Part shown: positions 7,628-15,458 of the stretch, one piece after another
How the letters are laid out: every line of letters begins with the position of its first letter
Numbering within the stretch: the first letter of the stretch is position 1
DNA from: Candidatus Poribacteria bacterium
GTDB lineage: Bacteria > Poribacteria > WGA-4E > PCPOR2b
Assembly (NCBI GenBank): GCA_965207975.1
Contig: OZ242315.1
Coordinates: 6,303,322-6,367,321, forward strand
Direction of reading: 5' to 3'
Length of the DNA: 64,000 nucleotides
Notes under the pieces: generated by a model
The model's database searches: none
Seen by the model: the letters and a program-made list of their open reading frames with translations, nothing else
What the model was told of the DNA's origin: nothing
Translations under genes and position numbers: made by a program

Positions 7628-9988
7628 TCACGCTAAACCTCGTCGTTTGCGTAAAAACCACTCCAGTCCCAAAAGCAGGATAACGATTGCAAAAATGAGC
7701 GGCATGTCCCAAACCTCCTCGTCAACGAGGCGCGATGTTGCACTCTCGACTAAGGGGATATGGTTTACCATCTGTGATGCGTCTTCGAGGGTATAATACT
7801 TGCCACCGCTGGTATTGGCAAGCGTTTGCAGCAGTTGTGCGTTGAGTTCTGCATTTGTGAACTCGGCGTAGGATTCGGCGACCTCAAAGAGACCGCTTTG
7901 CTCACCGAGACTTTTTCCGCCTAATGCCCCAACCAGAGTGACCCGATACTCGCCGCGCCGAGGTGGAATATATCGCACCGTATACAGTCCGTCCTGCCCA
8001 AGCACCTGTTCAAGCGACAGCTCCCGCTTTCTGCCATTTTCGTCTGTGATGATAGCACGGACTTTCGCTTGATTGGTCAGTTCAAAGTGATGATCGTAGG
8101 CGGTTGCGTTGATGATGACTGCTTCCTTTAGGGCGTAAGAGGTTTTTGGGATATCTAGTTTGAGTTGATCTTTTTGTACCGTTGTCAACCACTTCGCTGT
8201 TTGACGCCAAAAGCGTTCATGGTTATCATCTTCGTGTGACAGGTGCATCTGCCAGTTCCACGGGCTGACAGGTGTGAAGACCATAACCCGACCGGCGTTG
8301 TAGTTATGGGTTGCGATGAGGATGCGATTGCCGAATTCATTCCGGTCTGTGGGATGCACAGCGAGGACAGTCGCGCCCGCCTTGGCGCGCTGCACTCGGC
8401 TGTAGCCAGCTAAAGGCGGCAATCTTTCCCAGCGCATTATGTTTTCGCGTGGTTCGTCCGCCAGAGCGAGCAACGGGTCTGCCTTCCCTTCGGCGGTCAA
8501 CTGTAAGGCGTACTTTGGAATCGAGGACCTCCGATCCCGTCGTTGAGGGGTTGCAAACCTGCGTATCGGTGGAGACGGTGCTGGTGGCGTTCCTAGCTCA
8601 AGTTCGACCGGAAGCACCTGTGCAATCGGTGTATTGATGTAAGAATTCGCCATTTCGTGATTGCCCAACGAATGTTTCCCGCCTAGCATCAAGAATCCGC
8701 CGCCTCGTGTGCGGATAAACTCAACCGTGTTTTCAAGTTGTTGTCTCGTAAATTTTGATGACGCTATATTTCCAAAAATAATTGCATCGTAGTCAAAGAG
8801 TACCTCTTTTGATGTTGGATAGAGATCGAATTGGTGTCCAGTGCCATCGCTCGCTCCACCGATAGTTGTATCAGAAGTGAAATATCGCAGTGTCAATTGG
8901 ATATTTGGATCGTTCTCCAAAGCACGTCTGATGATTCCGATTTCCTTACGCAACCCGCCCTCAACGTACAAAATCTTGACGCGCTTGCTGGGTGCGACTT
9001 TTAACAGAAACTTCTTGGTATTGTTTTGTGGAACAGCCTCGTCGGTTTCAGCTGGGATTTCTACCACATACTTCTGCGTCCCCGGATTCCGGGGAATAAA
9101 CTTGATTCGTATGCGGCGGGTGGGACGTTCTTTGTTAAGATTGACGTTGAACGTCTTGACAACACGGTTTTCATCTCTGAGTCTCAGCGTTATTTCCCTT
9201 GGACCGTAGCCCTTGCGGCGGATAGTCGTCCAAATCTCAACCGGGAAATCCTCTTCTGCCGTCCGTGGGGCATCAACTTTCACTACCTCAATATCTTTGA
9301 TTCCTTCGGGTGAGCCAATTCCGACGGTGTGCACCGGCACCTTGCGATCGCGCATCCGAAACGCAAGTTTGGTGATATCTTCGCCACTTGCATCTGCGCC
9401 GTCGGAGAGTATCACGACACCCGACAACGGCACCCCTTGCAGATTGTCTAATGTCTCATTCAGCGCAGCGGGGATATCCGTGGTTTCGCCGTCTGCTTCG
9501 GTCAACGCAACGGGAGTCATCCGTTTGGGAGCGTCAGAAAAGGAGAACAGTCGTGTTGTGAACTTCTCATCGACCGAATTGAGTATCCCGCCTTCAGGGT
9601 CAAAGAGCAGATGGTTCACGCTGCTCAAACGGGATTCCTGATTCACGGAGTCGGTCACCTGCATACTTTTTGACTTATCCACTAGTACCGCGAGGTAGGA
9701 ATCGTCCGGGCTTGTCTGATAGATGCTTACAAAAGGTTTGAGCAGACAGAATGCCAGTCCACAAAGTGCTAGGGTGCGAAGGAAGATGAGAAAGCCGCGG
9801 AATCCACGATGTGTTTGCCCTTGCGTCGTTCGATACGCCCAAATCGACGCTACAATCAAGCCAACGAAGATCAGGAATAGGATGAGTCCGGGCAGGCGGA
9901 TCCCGAAATAAAAATCGCCCTGACGGAAGATGTCGATTGGGTATTTTAGTAGTTGTTCAAACATCTGGAATTCCTTATTTCGGTCCAT
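7628..9988 (-). CDS. BatA-like membrane protein with vWA-like and class-I glutamine-amidotransferase-like domains
   Basis: 786 aa. N-terminal double transmembrane segment, vWA-like block (VLVDKSKSM...ILSDGAD), a GATase1-like block (ILYVEGG...DAIIFGN...GGGFLMLGG) and a C-terminal TM anchor. Confidence 0.6.
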   Translation of the reverse strand: MDRNKEFQMFEQLLKYPIDIFRQGDFYFGIRLPGLILFLIFVGLIVASIWAYRTTQGQTHRGFRGFLIFLRTLALCGLAFCLLKPFVSIYQTSPDDSYLAVLVDKSKSMQVTDSVNQESRLSSVNHLLFDPEGGILNSVDEKFTTRLFSFSDAPKRMTPVALTEADGETTDIPAALNETLDNLQGVPLSGVVILSDGADASGEDITKLAFRMRDRKVPVHTVGIGSPEGIKDIEVVKVDAPRTAEEDFPVEIWTTIRRKGYGPREITLRLRDENRVVKTFNVNLNKERPTRRIRIKFIPRNPGTQKYVVEIPAETDEAVPQNNTKKFLLKVAPSKRVKILYVEGGLRKEIGIIRRALENDPNIQLTLRYFTSDTTIGGASDGTGHQFDLYPTSKEVLFDYDAIIFGNIASSKFTRQQLENTVEFIRTRGGGFLMLGGKHSLGNHEMANSYINTPIAQVLPVELELGTPPAPSPPIRRFATPQRRDRRSSIPKYALQLTAEGKADPLLALADEPRENIMRWERLPPLAGYSRVQRAKAGATVLAVHPTDRNEFGNRILIATHNYNAGRVMVFTPVSPWNWQMHLSHEDDNHERFWRQTAKWLTTVQKDQLKLDIPKTSYALKEAVIINATAYDHHFELTNQAKVRAIITDENGRKRELSLEQVLGQDGLYTVRYIPPRRGEYRVTLVGALGGKSLGEQSGLFEVAESYAEFTNAELNAQLLQTLANTSGGKYYTLEDASQMVNHIPLVESATSRLVDEEVWDMPLIFAIVILLLGLEWFLRKRRGLA

Positions 9989-10041
9989 CTTTTTCTGATG
10001 ATGTTCTCAATAGTAGGCAAGGTATACATACTTGTCTCCTT

Positions 10042-10401
10042 TTACCCTTCTTGAACAACAGATTCCGTTGACTTCAATTTCTGTGCAACAAGCGCGTAAA
10101 GACTCATTCTTGCTTCTGCAGCTTCATTTGCCAATGCGTGATAAAGCTGGGCCTCAACTGGTACATTAACTGGTCCTTCATAACCTTCCCGCGACGGTGC
10201 TTTTGGAACAGGGACACCATCCTCTCGATAGCATTCTTTTATCAACTCCCATGCTTCTTGCAATTCAACTAATGCCTCGGTGGGTGTCGGTCCGAAAGCC
10301 GAAACATTAGGAAGTTCGACAAGATGTGCGAGATAATCACCATCCTCATCAAGGAAAATGTTGACTGCGAATCCATCAAATTCGTCGTGATTTTTATTCA
10401 T
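10042..10401 (-). CDS. hicB: HicB family antitoxin
   Basis: Trimmed from track ORF 10042..10569 to the ATG at 10401 (MNKNHDEFDGFAVNIFLDEDGDYLAHLVELPNVSAFGPTPTEALVEL...). HicB N-terminal fold plus an RHH-like tail (VNVPVEAQLYHALANEAAEARMSLYALVAQKL). Overlaps hicA by 8 nt. Confidence 0.75.
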   Translation of the reverse strand: MNKNHDEFDGFAVNIFLDEDGDYLAHLVELPNVSAFGPTPTEALVELQEAWELIKECYREDGVPVPKAPSREGYEGPVNVPVEAQLYHALANEAAEARMSLYALVAQKLKSTESVVQEG

Positions 10402-10636
10402 CTCCTGCCTCCTGATCATATTGTGTGAGAAATTGCCGGACTTGATAACCTCTAGCCATAGAACGATTGGGTTGAACAATGAGCCTGTATTGACCGGGAG
10501 AATACCAAGCCCGGTGGCTCCCCCGCTGACGTCGTTGCGTCCATCCGCATTGACGCATGAGTTGTTCAAACTCTCTAAATTTCAATCCATTTGGATTTCG
10601 CCGAGCTCTGTTGAGCAAGGTTTCTCTGCGATTCAT
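10394..10636 (-). CDS. hicA: HicA family mRNA-interferase toxin
   Basis: 80 aa. LKFREFEQLMRQCGWTQRRQRGSHRAW matches the HicA/YcfA pattern (xxGSH). The start lies 1 nt after the stop of the upstream XRE-ImmA gene. Confidence 0.75.
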   Translation of the reverse strand: MNRRETLLNRARRNPNGLKFREFEQLMRQCGWTQRRQRGSHRAWYSPGQYRLIVQPNRSMARGYQVRQFLTQYDQEAGDE

Positions 10637-10637
10637 G

Positions 10638-11792
10638 CTATAATTTTATTCTGTCTAGGCAATCTTCCAGCCTAGGCAAATTTTTGACCTTGATACTCAG
10701 ATGATCTGCAAGTTCTTCAATTGAGCATTGTCCTTGATGATATCTGCTGAACGCGAGTTCTATAAATCTGTAGCCTAGGTATACTGCGTGGGTGTTATAA
10801 TAGTTTCCACCGCCTGATGATTCACCTCCCACTCTTCCTTCTAGGCGGGATTCATACTCCTCAGTCCATTGGGCAGTCTTCTGCCTATAGTCCTCGGCTG
10901 TGAAGCTACCTTGATTGACCAATTTCAGCAGAATGACCGGACGACTCACTTTATAGTAACCTGCCAATTCCTCAATCGCAGCGTCATCGTAAGGTAAATC
11001 ACTGAAGCGAGTTTCCAAATCGCTAGATGGCACTAGAAATTCAGCAGCAAATTGGTTACAAAAGACCTCAATTTTTTCTCCCACTGGGTTGATGCCTCGT
11101 GTTATACCATTCTTGCCGAGTAAGAGGTGAGCCAGTTCATGAAAGAGTGAGAAAATCTGTCTGACAGATGATCTACTATTGTTAAGGTAGATTACTGGAA
11201 ACTGCTCATGGACAAGACAAAAGCCATCAACGGAGTCGTCTCGGAATGCATCCTTAAAAACGAAGATACCTTTTTCTTCAATACTTTCTCGCCAATTTTC
11301 GAGTGTTTCTTTCATGCTGCCCCAACCTGCTTGTGTTTCAACGCTGATGCCTAGATAAGATCGAGTTTGTTGCGCTAATTCAGTCACTGAGTCATTAAGT
11401 TGGGCGTGAAGATCGCGAAAGATTTTCATCTCCGCGGGATTCATGCCCATGTTCAGCTCCATCAATGAAAATTGTCTGGCGCGTGCCTGACGCAACAGAA
11501 TACGGATACTTGGGGCTAGTTGCTCAATTTCGGAACTTCGCAGTGCAAGCTGCTCTACAAAATCGGGTTCTTGGGGAGGTTCCGGGAAGAAGAACATGGC
11601 GACGGGACGTTTGTATTTGTCAGCCAGCTTTTCAAGTTGAATATAGGTCGGCGCAGCTTCCCCTAATTCCCAATCAGAGATTGTAGCGACATCCCTATTT
11701 AAGGATTTGGCGACTTCTTGCAGGGTGTACCCTGAACGTTCTCTTGCCCACTTAATTATGTTGGGATTAATCCCTTGAATGTATTCAGCCAT
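10638..11792 (-). CDS. XRE-family HTH fused to ImmA/IrrE (COG2856) zinc metallopeptidase
   Basis: 384 aa. N-terminal HTH (RERSGYTLQEVAKSLNRDVATISDWELGEAAPTYIQLEKLADKY). HEXXH motif FHELAHLLL in the central domain. Confidence 0.85.
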   Translation of the reverse strand: MAEYIQGINPNIIKWARERSGYTLQEVAKSLNRDVATISDWELGEAAPTYIQLEKLADKYKRPVAMFFFPEPPQEPDFVEQLALRSSEIEQLAPSIRILLRQARARQFSLMELNMGMNPAEMKIFRDLHAQLNDSVTELAQQTRSYLGISVETQAGWGSMKETLENWRESIEEKGIFVFKDAFRDDSVDGFCLVHEQFPVIYLNNSRSSVRQIFSLFHELAHLLLGKNGITRGINPVGEKIEVFCNQFAAEFLVPSSDLETRFSDLPYDDAAIEELAGYYKVSRPVILLKLVNQGSFTAEDYRQKTAQWTEEYESRLEGRVGGESSGGGNYYNTHAVYLGYRFIELAFSRYHQGQCSIEELADHLSIKVKNLPRLEDCLDRIKL

Positions 11793-11812
11793 GAGATTAT
11801 CTCAGATATTAG

Positions 11813-11838
11813 AATTAAGCATATCTGTTGGTGATGAC
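11813..11838. repeat. Direct repeat A flanking the 0.9-kb non-coding block
   Basis: AATTAAGCATATCTGTTGGTGATGAC versus AATTAAGCATATTGGTCGGTGATAAG at 12749..12774 (21/26 identical, first 12 nt perfect). Confidence 0.55.
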
Positions 11839-11876
11839 ATCAAATGCCGGTATAAGATGCAAAATCGCAATATTAT

Positions 11877-11892
11877 AACGCAAGTTGCTAGG
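11877..11892. repeat. Solo copy of the IS982-type terminal inverted repeat
   Basis: TAACGCAAGTTGCTAG is identical (16/16) to the left end of the IS at 32754..32769. No transposase is adjacent. Confidence 0.5.
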
Positions 11893-12016
11893 GCGTGCTG
11901 ACATTTTGAAGTTGCGGATTCGGCAAACGCTGTCATCAGCAGGCAATCTGCCATAAGTAGTGTGAGCTGTTAGTTTGCAGACTAAGATCACAATCTAACA
12001 GATCGTGGTACAAAAG
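11889..12016. repeat. Repeat family G, copy 1 (about 130 bp, conserved 31-bp core)
   Basis: Shares TAGGGCGTGYTGACATTYTGA, ATTCGRCAAACGCTGT, CTGTTAGTTTG and the identical 31-mer GATCACAATCTAACAGATCGTGGTACAAAAG (11986..12016) with 44576..44754. Confidence 0.8.
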
Positions 12017-12748
12017 TCCGAAATGGTCTCTGACGTGCGAACAAAGGGTTGGCAGACCCAACCCCTACGAAGGATTATGGGTTTGTGCTCCCTCTTGATG
12101 GTCTAATTGCGATGAAATGTCAACAGAACCTAGACAGTCTGTAGGTCCAGTTTCCATACTCGACACCTACTAGCAAATAACCAAATTTACGATACACATG
12201 TTGCCCCGCTGGGGCTTGGGTGAATTGGTTTACCGATGTACTATATACATATCGCCCCGCTGGGGCTTTAGAACCTGTAGGGCGAGATTCACATCTTGAC
12301 ACAAAACTTACGCAGTGGAACGGTAAAATCCAACCCCTTCGGCTAGTCCCGATACTCGGTTCCGTTTCAATGCCCCACCGACACGATTCGGCAATTTGGC
12401 AGGGCACTGGCAGGTCTAAAAAAAAATTTAACCTCACATCGGGGGGTTCATCATTAGCCGATGTCTCTCTGAACCCTGATGGGGCCTAGCTTTAGAGCGT
12501 TTGTAGGTTTTTGCCACGCAGGAGAAAGTGCGCCCAGAGGGCTTTTTGACCTGCCAAATACGCACTGTTTATGAACCGTTTTTCACTAAAATGGCACCAT
12601 AACCTCGCCAAATGTCAGGGATTTGGCAGGTCCCTGACAGGTCAAAACTCTGAAATGCGTAAGTCCTGGTATAGTTATATTCGGTGTGTTTGAGTGGGTG
12701 CATTGCCTCTATTATACCCTATTTTTTGACCGTGTGCGTAAGTCCTAA

Positions 12749-12774
12749 AATTAAGCATATTGGTCGGTGATAAG
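12749..12774. repeat. Direct repeat B flanking the 0.9-kb non-coding block
   Basis: Partner of 11813..11838. Confidence 0.55.
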
Positions 12775-12803
12775 AATGAGATGCTGGTATTTCTGCAGCA
12801 TCA

Positions 12804-14135
12804 TTATTCGTTTGCCTTTTGCTGCTTCATTTCGGCTTTGCTCTTTGCCCCCCAATCGCTCATCTCATCACCAAAGAAGTATTGTGGCCAATTGGTAATG
12901 TTGCCATACTCATCCATGTTGAGCCGTTCAATCTCGGAAGTACCATCGTTGACTTGACAGAAATAGAGTGCTGTATCAGTCGCGGAAATCGCCTCCTCGG
13001 CGATGCGCCGTTGTAAGCGTCGAAGTAGATGCTCGCTGTGGGTCTCAAGGATAATCTGGATATTCCGATTTTTTACTACGTCGATGAGTACATCGGTTAA
13101 ATCCGCCTGCGCTTTCGGAGACAGATGTGCTTCAGGTTGTTCAAGGATGAGGATTGAGCCTTCAGGGACGTAATAGCAGAGCGCGAGTGTCGGCAGGATC
13201 TGGAATACTCCCAAACCGATGTCGGTGAGTCGGACTTCGGGACAGTCTTTGTGCTGTTTGAGGCGAAATTCGTAGTCTTTCTCCCCATCAGGATTAGCTT
13301 GGAGACGGTAGGAATCAATCAGTTCCAATCGCTGTAACCATTTCAGCACCTGCTCGTCGATTGAGAGGAGTTGAATCCGTCCGGAGAGCAGTGCGGCGAT
13401 TGCCTGTTCTCCGTATTGTCCCACACCTTTTGGGTGTTCACCGGCGTATGCGTAATTGTGTCGAGGTGGTTCACGGAGCGGGCTGAGGTGATGGATTCGG
13501 GAAAATAGATTCTTAAAAGCTCGCTCAAAGGACAGAAAGGGGGTATCCGGCACTTTTGCCGATCCGTCACGAATCCCGTAGCATCGAAACGGGAATGAGG
13601 AGAGTGCGCCTTGGGGTTTATGGTTAGGGGGACATACTATTTTGTACTGACTGTCAGCATCCCGCACGATTCCAAAAAATTCGTATTCATCGGACATATA
13701 ACCGAAGCCATCGACAGCAACCGAATCATTTCCTGCAGCAACAATAGTGGTTGAAAAGGAGAGCGCGCCAATTTCGAGGCGATTGGAACGCCGAGGGGTT
13801 CGGGGCGGTGCCTGCCCAAGCGTACTCCCACCTCCAATGATCAGCTTTTCAGGCAACTGCCACGATACAGAGATGTCGAGACTCAAACCCGATTTGTGTC
13901 GATGGATGACCTCATGAAAACTGGATAAGTTGACCACCGATCCTTCATCGCCGAAGTCAATCACCCCATTCCAATCCGGCGGTCGCTCCGCGGTCTGCTT
14001 GAGCATGAGTAGCATCTGAAAAATACTAGTTTTGCCGGAGCTATTCGCGCCGAAGAATCCGGTCAGTGGGGCAATCTGCAACTGACCCGTATTTGCCCAC
14101 GACTTGAAGTTCTGGATGCTGAGTTCGGTAATCAT
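12804..14135 (-). CDS. SMC/ABC-type AAA ATPase (AAA_15/21-like, DUF3696-like C-terminus)
   Basis: 443 aa. N-terminus MITELSIQNFKSW, Walker A GANSSGKTS, Walker B/D-loop ILILEQPEAHLSP, H-loop ILETHSEHL, and a tail NITNWPQYFFG. Confidence 0.8.
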   Translation of the reverse strand: MITELSIQNFKSWANTGQLQIAPLTGFFGANSSGKTSIFQMLLMLKQTAERPPDWNGVIDFGDEGSVVNLSSFHEVIHRHKSGLSLDISVSWQLPEKLIIGGGSTLGQAPPRTPRRSNRLEIGALSFSTTIVAAGNDSVAVDGFGYMSDEYEFFGIVRDADSQYKIVCPPNHKPQGALSSFPFRCYGIRDGSAKVPDTPFLSFERAFKNLFSRIHHLSPLREPPRHNYAYAGEHPKGVGQYGEQAIAALLSGRIQLLSIDEQVLKWLQRLELIDSYRLQANPDGEKDYEFRLKQHKDCPEVRLTDIGLGVFQILPTLALCYYVPEGSILILEQPEAHLSPKAQADLTDVLIDVVKNRNIQIILETHSEHLLRRLQRRIAEEAISATDTALYFCQVNDGTSEIERLNMDEYGNITNWPQYFFGDEMSDWGAKSKAEMKQQKANE

Positions 14136-14232
14136 GTCTTACGCCTCGCTTACTATTTTTTACGCATTACGTTGCCTATACAGATGTCGCCCCGCTGGGG
14201 CTTTAGGGTATTTGTTTATCTGTGTACTACAC

Positions 14233-14279
14233 ACATGTCGCCCCTCCCCGATAAATCGGGATTCAGAGCAACTGGGGCT
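14233..14279. repeat. Nested hairpin repeats (CCCGATAAATCGGG unit inserted in a CGCCCCGCTGGGGC unit)
   Basis: ACATGTCGCCCC[TCCCCGATAAATCGGGATTCAGAGCAA]CTGGGGCT. Uninterrupted copies ATGTCGCCCCGCTGGGGCTTT occur near 14184, 12250 and 52541, with a variant ATGTTGCCCCGCTGGGGCTT near 12198. Confidence 0.8.
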
Positions 14280-14400
14280 AAATGAACCGATGAACCCATG
14301 ATTTTTACGTTTCACGTCCCGATCAATCGGGATCCTCGGAACGGGACATCACGTTTCACGTTATCAACAGCTGCAAATTAGTACCATTGGTTATTACGCA

Positions 14401-15399
14401 TTACGTTTCACTTAATTCGACACGCCGTCCCGTGTGGGCTGACTCGTGCAGCCCATCAATCACACGCATGTTCCCTAATGCATCTGATATTGGCAGGAGC
14501 GGAGGCTTCCCGGTGGATATGGCTTCGCACAGGCTTAAGAGTTCAGCAGCATACGGATTTACCCCTTCGACCGTTACCGTCTCGGCTTGACCCTCTCGTA
14601 TCAACGCGAAACTACATTCTCCTTCGCTGTTTCCCCACGCCTTGGGTGCGACAATTGTCCCTTCCGTACCAGCCACCTCATAACATTCACGCCATGTCCA
14701 GCCGAAACTGCAATCAAACTGTCCAGTAATGCCGTCGCCAAAATCGAGCGTTCCAATCAGTGTGTCCCACACATCGCTGATCGGTTCAAATTTGCCGGTC
14801 GCCCAGACAGCTTGCGGTTCTGCGCCAACCATATAACGGATGACGTTGATGCAGTAGCAGCCCAAATCCATCACCGCACCGCCGCCCTGATCGCCGCGCA
14901 GCCGCCAGTTTGTTCGATCTGTCAATCCAGTCGAAAAGGAGGAGCCGGCAAAACGGACATCGCCGATTGCGCCGTCGAGGATGTGCTGCTTGACGGAAAG
15001 CGTCAGGGGGTGGTGGCGATACATAAACCCTTCCATCAACAGGACATCCGCTGACGAGGTAACTTGGATCATCTGTTCAAGTTGAGTTGCGTTGACAGCA
15101 ATCGGCTTTTCGCAAAGGATTGCCTTCACACCGCCGCGGACCGCCTCCAAGATATGTTTCAGATGGAGTGTGGGCCATGTTGCGACTATCAATACGTCTG
15201 GTTTTTGCTGCTCAAGCATCCGTCTCAAGTCGTTGTAAGTGTTTTTAACATTGAATTGCTCTGCGAAGTTTTTGACTGCCTCAAATTTGACATCACAGGC
15301 CCCGACGAAGTCGATCTCCGGGAGGTTTTGTGAGGCACTACCGTGCGCTCTGGAAATCCCGCCGCAACCGACTATAGCAACCCTATACTTTTCGCTCAT
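14401..15399 (-). CDS. Gfo/Idh/MocA family oxidoreductase
   Basis: 332 aa. Rossmann N-terminus VAIVGCGGISRAH, EKP motif (LCEKPIA) and a C-terminal alpha/beta domain. Confidence 0.9.
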   Translation of the reverse strand: MSEKYRVAIVGCGGISRAHGSASQNLPEIDFVGACDVKFEAVKNFAEQFNVKNTYNDLRRMLEQQKPDVLIVATWPTLHLKHILEAVRGGVKAILCEKPIAVNATQLEQMIQVTSSADVLLMEGFMYRHHPLTLSVKQHILDGAIGDVRFAGSSFSTGLTDRTNWRLRGDQGGGAVMDLGCYCINVIRYMVGAEPQAVWATGKFEPISDVWDTLIGTLDFGDGITGQFDCSFGWTWRECYEVAGTEGTIVAPKAWGNSEGECSFALIREGQAETVTVEGVNPYAAELLSLCEAISTGKPPLLPISDALGNMRVIDGLHESAHTGRRVELSET

Positions 15400-15423
15400 G
15401 GTTTCTCCTTATCAACCAAGTGT

Positions 15424-15447
15424 GGAACGCAGATCTGCGTTCCCTAC
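15424..15447. repeat. 28-bp palindrome family, truncated copy
   Basis: GGAACGCAGATCTGCGTTCCCTAC. Lies between two Gfo genes. Confidence 0.8.
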
Positions 15448-15458
15448 ACCGACTACTC

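Noticed and set aside
10402-10569. 56-codon N-terminal extension of the hicB ORF in the track
   Set aside because: The extension overlaps most of hicA in another frame. The HicB-like sequence begins at the ATG at 10401, giving the usual short hicA/hicB overlap.
12120-12489. 105-aa (minus) and 89-aa (plus) ORFs in the 11.8-12.8 kb gap
   Set aside because: Both are built almost entirely from the intergenic hairpin repeats (CGCCCCGCTGGGGC and others), overlap each other, and lack an RBS. They are most likely non-coding.
14136-14400. Possible CRISPR array (many short repeats here and at 46.95-47.64 kb)
   Set aside because: The repeats belong to several different families, occur in both orientations, are hairpins of 14-28 nt with irregular spacing, and there is no constant repeat-spacer periodicity or nearby cas gene.
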